This document shows, one piece after another, positions 27,941-38,572 of a stretch of 64,000 nt of DNA; the first letter of the stretch is position 1; every line of letters starts with the position of its first letter. The stretch comes from an uncultured Chloroflexia bacterium (GTDB taxonomy: Bacteria > Chloroflexota > Limnocylindria > Limnocylindrales > CSP1-4), in assembly GCA_963790915.1 (NCBI GenBank), contig CAWBQS010000003.1, forward strand, positions 1,257,554 through 1,321,553, written 5' to 3'. A program made the translations under genes and the position numbers. The notes under the pieces were generated by a model, which was not told the DNA's origin, did not search any database, and saw nothing but the letters and a program-made list of their open reading frames with translations.

Positions 27941-29937
27941 GCCGCCACCGCCCCCGCGGCTCCGTCCGACAGTTCGCCGCTCTCCTCCGGGTCCCCGAGC
28001 GCCGCCGTGACGACGGGGTCCATGGGCTCGCCGGCGTGCCAGCAGGCCACGCGGCGATCGGCGCCGTCGGGCACCAGCGCCGGGTCCTCATCCAGGCATC
28101 GCTGCTCTGCCAGCGGGCAACGCGCAGCGTAGGCACAGCCGGGCGGCACCTCAGCGGGTTCGACCGGCCGCCCGGGGATGACGGCCAGGGGGCGCTGCAG
28201 GTCGCTCTCCATGTCCGGGACGGCTGCCACGAGCGCCCGCGTGTATGGATGGCGGGCGCCGCCCGTCAGCTCGCTGACGGGCAGGTCCTCGACGATGCGA
28301 CCCGCGTACATCACCAGCACCCGGTCGCAGAGCTGTCGGACGACCGCCACGTCATGGCTGATGAGCAGGATGGCGACGCCATCGGTCTCGCGGATCGACT
28401 GCAGCAGCTGGAGCACCTGCTTCTGGATGGTGACGTCCAGGGCGGTGGTGGGCTCGTCGGCGATGATGAGGGCCGGGTGGCCCATGACGCCCATGCCGAT
28501 CATGGCCCGCTGACGCATGCCACCCGAGAACTCGTGCGGGTACTGGCCGGCGCGCCGTTCTGGCGCCGGCACATGGACGGCACGGAGGCGATCGATGGCG
28601 CGTGCGCGTGCCTCTGCGCGGCTCATGCCCAGGTGGTAGCGGCCGACCTCGGCCAGCTGGCCGCCGACCCGGCGCGTGGGGTTGAACGACGTCCCCGGAT
28701 CCTGGAACACCATGGATAGCGAGGTGCCCAGGAAGTGGCGGCGCGCCCGGCCCGCGCCGTGGAGCAGGTCCGTGCCCAGCAGGCGCAGGTGCGTGGCGCT
28801 CACGATCCCCGGTGCCTCGATGAGCTGCGCGACCGCGAGCGCCGTCAACGACTTGCCTGAGCCCGATTCACCCACGATGCCCACGGCCTCGCTCGGCTCG
28901 ACGCGGAAGGTCAGGCTGCGGACCGGTCGCACCCGGCCCTGCCGCACGGGGAACGTCACGGTCAGGTCCTGCACGTCGAGCACCGCCTCGCGACGCCCGC
29001 CGACCGACCCTCCGGCGTCGGCGCCGAGCCCCTCCTGCGCCGGGGGCGCGGGCGCCAGGGCTGCTGCCGGTGTCGTGGCCACGGTGCGTGGCATGCCAGC
29101 ATCGGCGACGCCGACGCCGAAGCCCTTGGCGATGGTCTCGCCGAAGAGGTTGAAGGCGAGGCCCGCGACGACGATGGCCAGGCCCGGCGCCACCGCGCCC
29201 ATGGGCTGCACGTAGATGCCGGTCAGGCCGTCCTGCAGCAGGCGGCCCCAGTCGTAGTCGGGGGCCTGCACGCCCAGGCCGAGGAACGACAGCCCGGCGA
29301 AGGCCAGCAGGGCGCCGCCGGCGCCGATGGTGGCGTTGACGACGAGGGGCTCGCCGATGTTGGGCAGCACGTGGCGCACCAGGATGCGGCTGCGGCCCAG
29401 GCCAGCGATGCGAGCCGCGACGATGAAGTCGCGCTCCCCGATGCCGGCGATGAGCGTCTGGCAGAGCCGCGCGAAGGCCGGTGCGCCGGCCAGGCCGATG
29501 GCCAGCACGGCGCCCTTGGCGCCGACCCCGAAGATGACGGCGAAGAAGAGCGCCAGCAGCAGCCCCGGAAAGGCCACCGCCACGTTGACGGCGCCGGTCA
29601 GCAGGCCCGCCAAGCGACGGCCGACCAGCATCGGCCCGGAACCCAGCAGCAGTCCCACGCTGACGGCGACGGCCGTCGCGGACAGCGCCAGGACGACCGA
29701 CAGTCGGGTCGCTACCAGCACGCGCGCGAGGATGTCCCGACCGAGGTTGTCCGTGCCGGCCCAATGCTCCGGCGAGGGCCCGGCCAGCATCTGGCTCGTA
29801 TCGACGGTGCTGGCCTGCTCGCCCCACACGATGGGGGCGACGAGGGCGAGCGTCAGCACGACGCCCATGAGCACGGCCGCGGTCAGGCCCAGGGGCGTGC
29901 CGAAGGCGCGCAGCCAGCGACGATCGACCATGCTCAT
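27937..29937 (-). CDS. Fused peptide ABC permease (DppC/OppC-like) and ATP-binding (DppD/OppD-like) protein
   Basis: N-terminal about 300 aa with TM helices and the permease EAA region (ARIAGLGRSRILVRHVLPN). C-terminal ATPase with GESGSGKS, FSGGMRQRAMIGMGV, ALIIADEPTTALD and HPYTRALV...C-x-C. Confidence 0.8.
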   Translation of the reverse strand: MSMVDRRWLRAFGTPLGLTAAVLMGVVLTLALVAPIVWGEQASTVDTSQMLAGPSPEHWAGTDNLGRDILARVLVATRLSVVLALSATAVAVSVGLLLGSGPMLVGRRLAGLLTGAVNVAVAFPGLLLALFFAVIFGVGAKGAVLAIGLAGAPAFARLCQTLIAGIGERDFIVAARIAGLGRSRILVRHVLPNIGEPLVVNATIGAGGALLAFAGLSFLGLGVQAPDYDWGRLLQDGLTGIYVQPMGAVAPGLAIVVAGLAFNLFGETIAKGFGVGVADAGMPRTVATTPAAALAPAPPAQEGLGADAGGSVGGRREAVLDVQDLTVTFPVRQGRVRPVRSLTFRVEPSEAVGIVGESGSGKSLTALAVAQLIEAPGIVSATHLRLLGTDLLHGAGRARRHFLGTSLSMVFQDPGTSFNPTRRVGGQLAEVGRYHLGMSRAEARARAIDRLRAVHVPAPERRAGQYPHEFSGGMRQRAMIGMGVMGHPALIIADEPTTALDVTIQKQVLQLLQSIRETDGVAILLISHDVAVVRQLCDRVLVMYAGRIVEDLPVSELTGGARHPYTRALVAAVPDMESDLQRPLAVIPGRPVEPAEVPPGCAYAARCPLAEQRCLDEDPALVPDGADRRVACWHAGEPMDPVVTAALGDPEESGELSDGAAGAVAA

Positions 29938-30944
29938 GCCTGCCTGATCAGCGAGCGTGGGTCGAGCAGCGCGAGGATGACGTCGACGACCAGGTTGACG
30001 AGCAGCACGAACGTGCCGTACACGAGGACCGTCGCCTGGGCCACCATGTAGTCCTTGTTGATGATGGACTGCACGATGGTGCCGCCCAGCCCGTTCCAGG
30101 CGAAGACGTTCTCCACCAGCACGGTCGCGGCGACGAGGGAGCTGAGCAGCAGCCCTGCCAGCGTCAGCGATGCCGTCAGCGCGTTGGGCAGGGCGTGCCC
30201 CAGGTAGATGACCGGCGCCGGCAGGCGCTTGGCGCGGGCGGTCCGCACGAAGTCGGCGTCCAGCACGCTGACCATCTCGACACGGACGATGCGGGCCAGG
30301 ATGAAGGCAGGGCCGATGGCCAGCGCGAGCACCGGCAGGACGTACGAGTCAGGCCCGCCGCGGCCCGCCACGGGCAGCCACTCCAGCTTGACGGCGAAGA
30401 TGGCCACCAGCACCACCCCGAAGATGATGTCGGGGATGGTGCCCAGGACGACGCTGGTCGTGGTGAAGCCCAGCTCCGTCCGCCGCCGCCGGCCGCCGCG
30501 CGTCAGGACACCCATCGTCACGCCCAGTGGCACGGCCACGGACACAGCCACCAGGAAGGCCAGGACCGCGAGGGCCATCGTCGCGGGCAGGCGCTGGGCG
30601 ATGACGTCGGACACGGGCAACTTGGAGATCGATCGAGGTCCCCATGTCGCCGCTGAATAATCCCCGGAGGTAGTCGACGTACTGGACGATGAGCGGGTCG
30701 TTCAGACCGAGCGCCTCGCGGGTCGAGTCGACCAGCGCCGGCGGTGCCGTGGGCCCCAGCGCCCCGCGCACCGGGTCCCCGGGATGAGGTGGATCATCAG
30801 GAACGAGGCCGTGATCAGCACCCACAGCGACACCAGCAGCCGCCCGGCACGCCGGGCGGCGAAGGTCATCCAGGGGTTCGACGCCAGCCGCGCGAGGGAC
30901 CCCGGTGGGGCCCCTCCGCCGATGGCGGAGTCGGCGCTGGTCAT
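29934..30944 (-). pseudogene. Peptide ABC permease (DppB/OppB-like) broken by two 1-nt frameshifts (about 30610 and about 30800)
   Basis: Three overlapping ORFs (30702-30944, 30349-30825, 29934-30620) join into one DppB-like sequence: ...FLMIHLIPGDPVRGALG...NDPLIVQYVDYLRGLFSGDMGTSIDLQ-PVSDVIAQRLP.... One break is a G4 run where G5 is needed. Confidence 0.7.
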
Positions 30945-30987
30945 GCGTCAGCAGGGCATGGCCCGTTGCCAGCGACGGGCCGCGAGC

Positions 30988-32496
30988 TCAGTGCGCGACG
31001 TCGTTCGCGCCGCTGGGCGACGTGCCGGCGCGGCGGATGGCGCGACCCACGTGCATGTAGAGGGCCTGGCCATGACCGTCATCCCCGACGAAGACGTGGG
31101 GAAGATGCATGCCCTCCTGGGCCTCCAGCGGGATGAGGCTGTCCGCCTCGTAGCTGACGAGCTCGTAGCGCTGGGGCGTCTCTCCCATCTCGGCGAAGAT
31201 GCCCTTGGGGATCTGCTCGAGCCAGATGCGCCCGTCGGCCTCCTGGCTCACGACCGCGTCCGACACCTGGGTGGAATAGGTCCCCACGAAGCGACTCGCG
31301 TCGATGCGCTGGGGCTGCGCCGGCGGGGCCGGGAGCGGCGGCAGCGACCGACCGGCCAGCTCCGCGAAGACGTGGCTGGCGATGTCCCGATAGAGCGACA
31401 GGCCGTTGCCTCCGTTGGTGAGGAGGGCCACCGCGACCCCCTTGTCCAGGAGGAAGCGCAGGAAGGCCGCCTGCCCGATGGTGTTGCCATCGTGGCCAGT
31501 GACGACGCCCTCGGGCGTGAGGAAGAGCTCGGAGCCCAGTCCCCAGGCGTCGCCCATCAGCCCCAACCTGGGCAGCTCGACGCAGGGCTCGTGCATGAGT
31601 CGGACGGTCTCGGGCTGGAGCACCACGGTCCCGTCGGCCGCCTGCCCGGCGTTGATGTGCATCTGCGCGAAGGCCAGCAGGTCCCGTGGTCGCATCGCCA
31701 GCATCGAACCGGCCGGAGCGTTGGAGCGCGCCAGCGCCCACACGGGCGCGACCTGGAGCTCCGCCCCGGGCGCCGGTCGAACGTGACCCATGGCGGCGCG
31801 GAACATGATCGCCTCGTACGGCCCGGTGGCGGCGTGCTTGAGCCCCAGCGGGCCGAAGAGGTGCTCGCGCAGGCAGTCGTCATAGATCTTCTCGCGCAGG
31901 ACCTCGACGAGCCGGCCGAGCACGCAGTAGCCGGCGTTGTTGTAGGAGAACCGTTCACCGGGCGGGAAGAGCTGGGCGGTGTCTCCGAGCGTCAGGACGA
32001 ACTTCTCGAGGCAGTCGTCGCCCTTGCCGGTGTCGGTGAAGATGTCCCCTTCGAAGCCGGCCGTGTGGCTGAGCAGCTGGCGCGTGGTGATGGTCGCAGC
32101 GGCGGCCTCGTCGGCGACGCGGAACTCCGGGAGGTAGGTGCGCACCGGCTGATCCAGGTCCAGGCGACCCTCGTCGACCAGCTGCATGACCAGCGCGGCC
32201 GTCCACAGCTTGGTGATCGAGCCGATCTGGAAGACCGAATCGGGCGTCGCCTCCACGCCGGTGGCCAGGTTCAGGACGCCGGTGGCGGCATCGATCATCT
32301 CGCCGTCGGCGAGGATGGCCACGGCAGCGCCGGGGACGCCGTAGGCCTCGGCGAGGGCAGGGAAACGGTCGGCCAGCCAGGCCTCGAGGGTACGCAGATC
32401 GTTCACCTGGCCATGGTACGCCCGAGGCGGCACCGCCAGCCGGGCGGGGACTGCGGGCCGGCTCGCAGCTGGCGAGCCGGCCCGCGCTGGGCTCAC
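30988..32496 (-). CDS. S12-family serine hydrolase (beta-lactamase/D-aminopeptidase fold), second copy
   Basis: SxxK motif (QIGSITKLWT) and YxN motif (SYNNAGYCVLG). Embedded between the SBP and permease genes of the peptide ABC operon. Confidence 0.75.
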   Translation of the reverse strand: MSPARAGSPAASRPAVPARLAVPPRAYHGQVNDLRTLEAWLADRFPALAEAYGVPGAAVAILADGEMIDAATGVLNLATGVEATPDSVFQIGSITKLWTAALVMQLVDEGRLDLDQPVRTYLPEFRVADEAAAATITTRQLLSHTAGFEGDIFTDTGKGDDCLEKFVLTLGDTAQLFPPGERFSYNNAGYCVLGRLVEVLREKIYDDCLREHLFGPLGLKHAATGPYEAIMFRAAMGHVRPAPGAELQVAPVWALARSNAPAGSMLAMRPRDLLAFAQMHINAGQAADGTVVLQPETVRLMHEPCVELPRLGLMGDAWGLGSELFLTPEGVVTGHDGNTIGQAAFLRFLLDKGVAVALLTNGGNGLSLYRDIASHVFAELAGRSLPPLPAPPAQPQRIDASRFVGTYSTQVSDAVVSQEADGRIWLEQIPKGIFAEMGETPQRYELVSYEADSLIPLEAQEGMHLPHVFVGDDGHGQALYMHVGRAIRRAGTSPSGANDVAH

Positions 32497-34078
32497 TCGG
32501 TGACGAGACGGATGCTCGTTGGCACCATCGAGCCCGTGATGACGAACTCGGCGCCGTTGCCGAAGGTCTTCACGAGCGAGTTGGCGAAGGGCACGACGTC
32601 GGCCGCGGCCACCAGCTGAGACTCGGCCTCGAGCCAGGTGGGGCAGCCCTCGATGCCCTGCATCGCAGCAGCGGCCGCCACGCCAGCCTCGTAGTCGGCA
32701 TTGGCCACGGAGGCGAAGTTGGCGCCGCCTTCGGCCACGGCCGGACCGGAAAGGAACGGCACGATCTGGTCAGGGCTGCTGACATTCAGCGAGATCCAGG
32801 CGATGTCCCAGTCGCCGGTGCCGAAGAGCGTCTCCTGGGTGGCGGTGCCGCCCTGGGCCTTGTCGACGACCGTGACGCCGAGGGCCGTCCACTGCTGCGC
32901 GGCCAGCTCCGCGGCCGCCAGGCCGGCTGCGCCGGCGCTCGTGTCGTGGAGGAACGTGACGCTGAGCGGCTGGCCGTTCTTGCTGCGCACGCCGTCGCTG
33001 AGCACCCAGCCGGCCTCATCGAGGATGGCACCGGCGGCCGCGACGTCGAAGGCCGGGAGGGCTGCCGAGACGGAGTCGCCGGGGCAGGCGACCGGGCTCA
33101 GTGCGGCGAAGGTCGTGGCTGCGGAGCCCTGGCCGGCCGTGAGCACCGCCTGGAGCTGTGAGAGGTCCACCGCCTGCAGCAGCGCCATGCGCACGGCCGG
33201 GTCGGCCGTGGAGCGACCCTCGGCGTGGTTGAACCACATCTGGCCGAGGAGCGCCTGGGTATCGGTGGAGAAGAGGTCCTCGGCGGCCAGTCGGTCGGCG
33301 TCCGGGCCCGTCACGATGCCGGCGTTGACGTCACCCGTGAGGATGAGGTTGGCGGCCGTGGAGGGGTTCTCGACGATGCGCACGACGATCGTGCCGGGCA
33401 TGCCCTCGGCATCCGTACTGGCGCCTGCCGGGGCCCCAGGTGTAGCCGTCGCGGATGGTGTAGGTGTAGTGATCGCCCGGCGCCGCTTCGCTCAGGACGT
33501 AGGGCCCGCTGCCAAGCGTGGCGCCCGCCAGCGCCGTGCGATCGGCGAGGCCGGCAGCGCAGACGATGGGCAGAATCGGTGAGGCCATTGAGGACGAAGG
33601 GGGCGGCGGCGGCCAGGGTGATGGTCACCGTGCCTGCCGCGTCATCGGCCACCGCCGTGGCACCGACGGGGTAGTAGGCGCCCAGCATCGGGCTCTGGTT
33701 CTCCGGGTTGCCCACGAAGTCGAGGTTGGCCACCACGTCCGTGGCCGTCAATGGCGAGCCGTCCGCGCAGGTGATGCCATCGGCCAGGGTGAGCTGAATG
33801 GTCGTGCCGTCGACGGACCATTCCTTGGCCAGCCCGGACCCGATGCTGCCATCCGCGGCCATGCTGAGGAGCGAGTCGTAGGCGAACTTGCTGACCTGGA
33901 AGAGCGCGCTGGAGGCACCCATCTGGGGGTCCAGGCTGCCGGGGTCGGACGCCAGGGTCATCGTGAACGTGCCGCGGTCGCCGTCGGCGGCCCGGGCCAC
34001 GCTGCCCCCGCCACCTCCGGCCGTGGCCACGACGGCTCCCGTGAGCAACAGGCTGAAGACGATCGCAGAGCGCTTCAT
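32493..34078 (-). pseudogene. Peptide/nickel ABC substrate-binding protein (SBP family 5, DppA/OppA-like) broken by two 1-nt frameshifts (about 33410 and about 33590)
   Basis: Signal peptide MKRSAIVFSLLLTGAVVATAGG. The N-terminal (33311-34078), middle (33331-33588) and C-terminal (32493-33401) frames join into one SBP_bac_5 protein. Confidence 0.7.
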
Positions 34079-34355
34079 GGCAGTCCCTTCAGTGCTGGGA
34101 TTCCTGGGTCGAAACGCAGTCTAGTGCTTCACCCGCGCCCCGACGCCGCTGCTGTCGATGGTGTGCTGCGCCCGCCGCGCTTACGGGTGCAGTCCCTTGG
34201 CGTCCGCCGCGCCTGCCGGGCGATCTCCCTGCTGCCCGGCCACCGTCGCGGGAGCCGCCCTCCCCGGGGCCGCTGGCGGCGGCCGCTATCATGGCGTCCT
34301 TGGCCCGTGATGTTCCGGCCACGGCTGTCCGTACGAACACGCCAGGAGTCCATCG

Positions 34356-35770
34356 ATGCCCCAGGTGACCATGCCCCAGCTCGGAGAAGGCGTCGAGCAG
34401 GGCACCGTCGGGAAGTGGCTGAAGCAGGTCGGTGACCACGTCCGCATCGGCGACCCGCTCGTGGAGGTCGTCACCGACAAGGTCAATGCCGAGGTGCCAT
34501 CGCCGTTCGAGGGCACCCTCACCAGGATCCTGGTCGAGGAGGGCGCGACGATCGCCAACGACGTGGCCATCGCGGAGGTGGAGACCGGCGCGTCGGAGCC
34601 CGCGCCCGCCGCAGCACCGGAGCCCGCCGCAGCACCCGCGCCCCCAGCATCGGTTCCCACTGCGGCAGCGGCGCCCGCCGCAGCCCCGGCGCCGCCCGCT
34701 CAGCCGGCACAGCCCCAGGTGGCGGTGCCGGTCGCCGCCACGCCCGCCGTCCCCGCCGCCCAGCCGGCACCGGCCGCCGCGTCGCGCCATCGATCCCCGT
34801 CACCATCCCGGCCGGCATCCGCATGACCCCGGCCGTGCGCCAGCTGGCGCGCGCGCGGGGCGTGGACGTGTCAGCCATCCGTGGGTCCGGCATGGGTGGA
34901 CGCATCACGCGGGTGGACATCGAGGCTGCCGCCGCTTCCCCGGCGACCCCGACCGCCAAGACGGCAGCCACCGCCCCGACGACCCCGGCCGCGGTCTCCG
35001 CCCCCGCCGCTTCTCCCGCGGCTCCTGCGGCAGCGCCGCTCACCATCCTCGACTCGCCGGTGCGCGACGGGGATTTGCTCAAGCCGCTGTCGACCATGCG
35101 CAAGGCCATCGCTGCGCAGATGACCCGCTCCCTGGAGGTTCCCGCGGCCTACATCACCATCGAGGTCGACATGACCCCGGTCGTGCGCGCCCGGACGGCC
35201 CTCAACGACACCTACAAGGCACGTGAGGGCATCGCCCTCAGCTACGTCGCCTACGTCACCAAGGCCTGCGTGGAGGCCCTGAGCGCGCATCACGACCTCA
35301 ACGCCCACTGGACCCCGGAAGGACACTGGCGCCGCCGCGACATCAACATCGGCATCGCCGTGGCCGTGGCCGACGGACTGGTGGTCCCGGTCATCCACCG
35401 GGCCCAGGACCTCAGCCTGCACGGCCTCAACGCGGCCATCAACGATCTCGCCACGCGCGCCCGCGGCGGCAAGCTGCGCCTGGAGGACCTCCGGGGCGGC
35501 ACGTTCACGGTGGACAACACCGGCTGGACCGGCTCGATCCTGACGCTGCCCATCATCAATGTCCCCGAGGTGGCCATCGTCACGATGGAGCGCATCGTCA
35601 AGCGCCCCGTCGTGCTGGAGCAGCAGGGCGAGGTCATCGCCATCCGCTCGATGATGAACATGTGCATCGCCATCGACCACCGTGCCACTGACGGCGCGCA
35701 GGCCGGGGCCTTCCTCGGCGACGTGGCCGCCTGGCTGGGCGCCGTGGACGAGCGCACCCCGATCTGGTAG
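34356..35770 (+). pseudogene. Second dihydrolipoamide acyltransferase (E2), split by a frameshift inside the Ala/Pro linker (about 34790)
   Basis: ORF 34356-34826 carries the lipoyl domain (VVTDKVNAEVPSPFEG) plus AP-rich linker. ORF 34823-35770 carries the subunit-binding domain (MTPAVRQLARARGVDVSAIRGSGMGGRI) and the catalytic domain (DHRATDG). Standard E2s are single polypeptides. Confidence 0.7.
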
Positions 35771-35774
35771 CGGA

Positions 35775-36839
35775 ATGGGCAGGGAGCTTCCGATCTTCAC
35801 CCCGACCGGCGCCATGTCGGCTGGCGGCCACGCTGCTGGTCACGTCATGCAGCCGCTGAGCATCGCCATGGGCGGCTCCGTGGACACCTCCGGCCTGCGC
35901 GGACCGGATGCCGGCCGCCACCCCGACTGGATCAAGGCCCGGCTGCCCAGCGGCCCCAACTACCGGGAGCTGAAAGAACTCGTGCGCGGCCAGGTCCTCA
36001 ACACCGTATGCGAAGAGGCGCGCTGTCCGAATATCGGCGAGTGCTGGGAGCAGCGCACGGCCACGGTCATGATCCTGGGCGACACGTGCACGCGCGCCTG
36101 CGGCTTCTGCGCCGTCAAGACCGGCCGCCCTGACTGGTTCGATGACGATGAGCCGCGGCGCGTCGCCGAGGCCGTGGCGGTCATGGGCCTGGAGCACGTC
36201 GTGGTCACCAGCGTCTGCCGCGACGACATGGCCGACGGTGGCGCCGCGACCTTCGCCGCCACCATCCGCGAGCTGCGCCGCATCGCCCCGGGCACGGGCG
36301 TGGAGGTGCTCATCCCCGACTACCTGGACGTGCAGCTGCGCACGGTCATGGAGGCCGCGCCGGACATCCTCAACCACAACGTGGAGACGGTCGAGCGGCT
36401 GCAGAAGCCCGTGCGCAAGCGTGCCCGCTACGACCGCTCGCTGCAGGTCCTCACCGACGCCAAGGCCATGGCCCTCGAGATCGGCGGCCGTCCCGGCACC
36501 GTGCACACCAAGTCGAGCATCATGGTCGGCCTGGGCGAGACGCGCGAGGAGCTGTCTCGCACCTTCGTGGACCTGCGCGCCGTCGACTGCGACATCCTGA
36601 CCCTCGGTCAGTACCTGCGGCCCACCCCTGCCCATCTGCCCGTGGAGCGCTACGTCCACCCCGACGAGTTCGTCGCCATGAAGGCGGAGGCGCTGGAGCT
36701 GGGCTTCAAGCATGTCGAATCCGGTCCGCTGGTGCGCTCGTCGTACCACGCCCGCGACCAGGTGCCGGAGGAGGCCCGGCGCAGCCGCAGCGCGCGGCAC
36801 GCGGCCATGGCCGCCAACGGGCTGTCCGCTGCGGGCTAG
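35775..36839 (+). CDS. lipA: Lipoyl synthase
   Basis: Two Fe-S Cys motifs, [12 protein letters not shown] and [10 protein letters not shown] (radical SAM CxxxCxxC). Sits immediately downstream of the E2. Start chosen at MGRELPIF; the track ORF starts at 35682. Confidence 0.85.
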   Translation: MGRELPIFTPTGAMSAGGHAAGHVMQPLSIAMGGSVDTSGLRGPDAGRHPDWIKARLPSGPNYRELKELVRGQVLNTVCEEARCPNIGECWEQRTATVMILGDTCTRACGFCAVKTGRPDWFDDDEPRRVAEAVAVMGLEHVVVTSVCRDDMADGGAATFAATIRELRRIAPGTGVEVLIPDYLDVQLRTVMEAAPDILNHNVETVERLQKPVRKRARYDRSLQVLTDAKAMALEIGGRPGTVHTKSSIMVGLGETREELSRTFVDLRAVDCDILTLGQYLRPTPAHLPVERYVHPDEFVAMKAEALELGFKHVESGPLVRSSYHARDQVPEEARRSRSARHAAMAANGLSAAG

Positions 36840-36845
36840 GGCCGC

Positions 36846-37355
36846 ATGAACGAGACGGCCGAAGACCTGGCCCGTCTCCAGCGCCTCCTGGACGACAGCT
36901 ACGCATCCGCCGGCCAGCACCTGCGGTCGATCATCACGCCCGACCGGCGCGTCCCTGCCGCCGATCTCGTGGGCCGCCTGCAGGGTATGTGCCTGCTCGT
37001 CCTTGCCACCGTGTCTGCGAAGGGCCGGCCCGTGAGCGGCGCCGTGGACGGCATCTTCCACCGCGGGCACTTCTACTTCGGCTCCGCCCCCGACTCCCTG
37101 CGCTTCCGGCATATCCGCGCGAACAGCGCCGTGAGCGCCACGCACCTGCCCTCCGAGTCGTTCTCGGTCACTGTCCATGGCCGAGCCGTGCCGGTGGATG
37201 TGGCCTCGGGCGGGGAGTCCGACGTCCGGCAGGCGCTCCTCGACGTCTACGTCCCGCGATACGGCACGGAGTGGGAGCGCTTCCTCGATTCGGACGTCGC
37301 CTACGCGCGCATCGAGGCCGACCGGATGTTCACGTTCTTCATGGCCGCCGAGTAG
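36846..37355 (+). CDS. Pyridoxamine 5'-phosphate oxidase-family FMN-binding protein (general stress protein 26-like)
   Basis: Split-barrel PNPOx-like pattern (LCLLVLATVSAKGRPVSGAVDGIFHRGHFYFGS...). 169 aa. Confidence 0.55.
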   Translation: MNETAEDLARLQRLLDDSYASAGQHLRSIITPDRRVPAADLVGRLQGMCLLVLATVSAKGRPVSGAVDGIFHRGHFYFGSAPDSLRFRHIRANSAVSATHLPSESFSVTVHGRAVPVDVASGGESDVRQALLDVYVPRYGTEWERFLDSDVAYARIEADRMFTFFMAAE

Positions 37356-37404
37356 GCGGGATGGCCGCCGATCAGGCGGGATCGGCCGCCGGGCCGGCTG
37401 GCCC

Positions 37405-38499
37405 TCAGCGCTCCAGGATGAGGCGGCGGGCGTTCTCCGCGTAGACCTTGCGCAGGACGTCGTCGGGCAGGCCCAGGCCACTGACCTGCCAGCGGCCCTG
37501 GGGCGGCACCTCGTCGGTCGAGTAGTCGAAGGACTCGTCCCACGTCTCCAGGAAGCGGTAGTGGAGGCGGTACATCTCCGGGTCGTAGCCGAGGTCCGTG
37601 CCGAAGAGGATGCGGTCGGCGAAGTCGAGGAAGAACCGCCGCGCTGTGTATGGCTGCCGGCCCAGCTCGCCGATGCGCGCCGAGATGTCCACGTGATAGT
37701 TGGGGTGTCGCTCCAGCATGGAGCGCACGAGCGCCAGGTCCTCCGCGGCGCAGCCCACGTGGGCGCCGATGAAGGTCGTCTCCGCATGGCGTCCGACCAC
37801 GCGGTCGAAGGCCGCCAGGATCTCGTCGAAGGACGTGAAGCCGGCCCCAGGATCAGCGGGATCGGCGGGTTCAGCGTGATCGGCGGGATGGGCACCTCGC
37901 GGCGGCCAGAAGTGCCAGTCGGGATGCGCCGCCAGCTCCTCCCAGCGCTCGTTGCGCTCGTCGAGCGGGTCGAAGAAGGCCACCGGGTCGGCGACGTGGA
38001 CCACGATGGGCAGTCCGAGTCGGGCGCCCATGGCCCACAGGGGATCGAGGCGCTCGTCGTCCACGGCCACGACCTGGCCCTGCGGATCGCGCGCGCGCAG
38101 GCCGAGTGGCTTCCAGACCTTGATGCCCCGCGCCCCCTGCAGCGCGGCGTCCCCGAAGCAGCGCGCCTCCCACTCGCCGAAGTCGGACCGCTCCGACCAC
38201 TCGTCGTAGGCCAGGCCGGTGAAATGGACGAAGCGTGTGGGGTGCTGGCTGCCGTACCTGGCGATGCGATCGGCGGCTCCGACCCGCTGCTCGACGTCGA
38301 GGTCGATGACGGTCTCGACGCCGGCCTCGTCCATGGCCGCCAGCAGGTCGCCGACGGGACGGGCGTGCCAGCCCGCACTGAACTCGGGGCCCAGGTGATT
38401 GTGGGCGTCGACGACCCCGAAGCGCGGGCGTTCCACGCGGTGCTGCGCCGTGCGCAGGCGGGGCACGGGCCGGTAGTCGGCCAGGCGCAGGTCGGTCAT
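37405..38499 (-). CDS. Amidohydrolase-2 family metal-dependent hydrolase (TIM barrel; possible sugar lactonase/decarboxylase type)
   Basis: FGVVDAHNHLGPEF metal-binding HxH start, followed by amidohydrolase_2-like conserved His/Asp positions. Last gene of the minus-strand sugar ABC operon. Confidence 0.65.
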   Translation of the reverse strand: MTDLRLADYRPVPRLRTAQHRVERPRFGVVDAHNHLGPEFSAGWHARPVGDLLAAMDEAGVETVIDLDVEQRVGAADRIARYGSQHPTRFVHFTGLAYDEWSERSDFGEWEARCFGDAALQGARGIKVWKPLGLRARDPQGQVVAVDDERLDPLWAMGARLGLPIVVHVADPVAFFDPLDERNERWEELAAHPDWHFWPPRGAHPADHAEPADPADPGAGFTSFDEILAAFDRVVGRHAETTFIGAHVGCAAEDLALVRSMLERHPNYHVDISARIGELGRQPYTARRFFLDFADRILFGTDLGYDPEMYRLHYRFLETWDESFDYSTDEVPPQGRWQVSGLGLPDDVLRKVYAENARRLILER

Positions 38500-38572
38500 G
38501 GTCGGCGGCCCCGCCTGACCGCCGCCCCCGGCCCACCGCGAAGCCCGATGCGGGCGCCCAGTGGCCCGGATG

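Noticed and set aside
34823-35770. Possibility that the lipoyl-domain ORF (34356-34826) and the catalytic ORF (34823-35770) are genuinely separate genes
   Set aside because: The break falls in an Ala/Pro linker. The downstream ORF begins exactly with the peripheral-subunit-binding domain and has no RBS context of its own. The window shows the same 1-nt-indel pattern in at least eight other genes. A single frameshifted E2 is more parsimonious.
35634-38378. 914-aa minus-strand ORF spanning lipA, the PNPOx-like gene and the amidohydrolase
   Set aside because: No recognisable domains. Overlaps three well-supported genes on both strands. A GC-driven stop-free frame.
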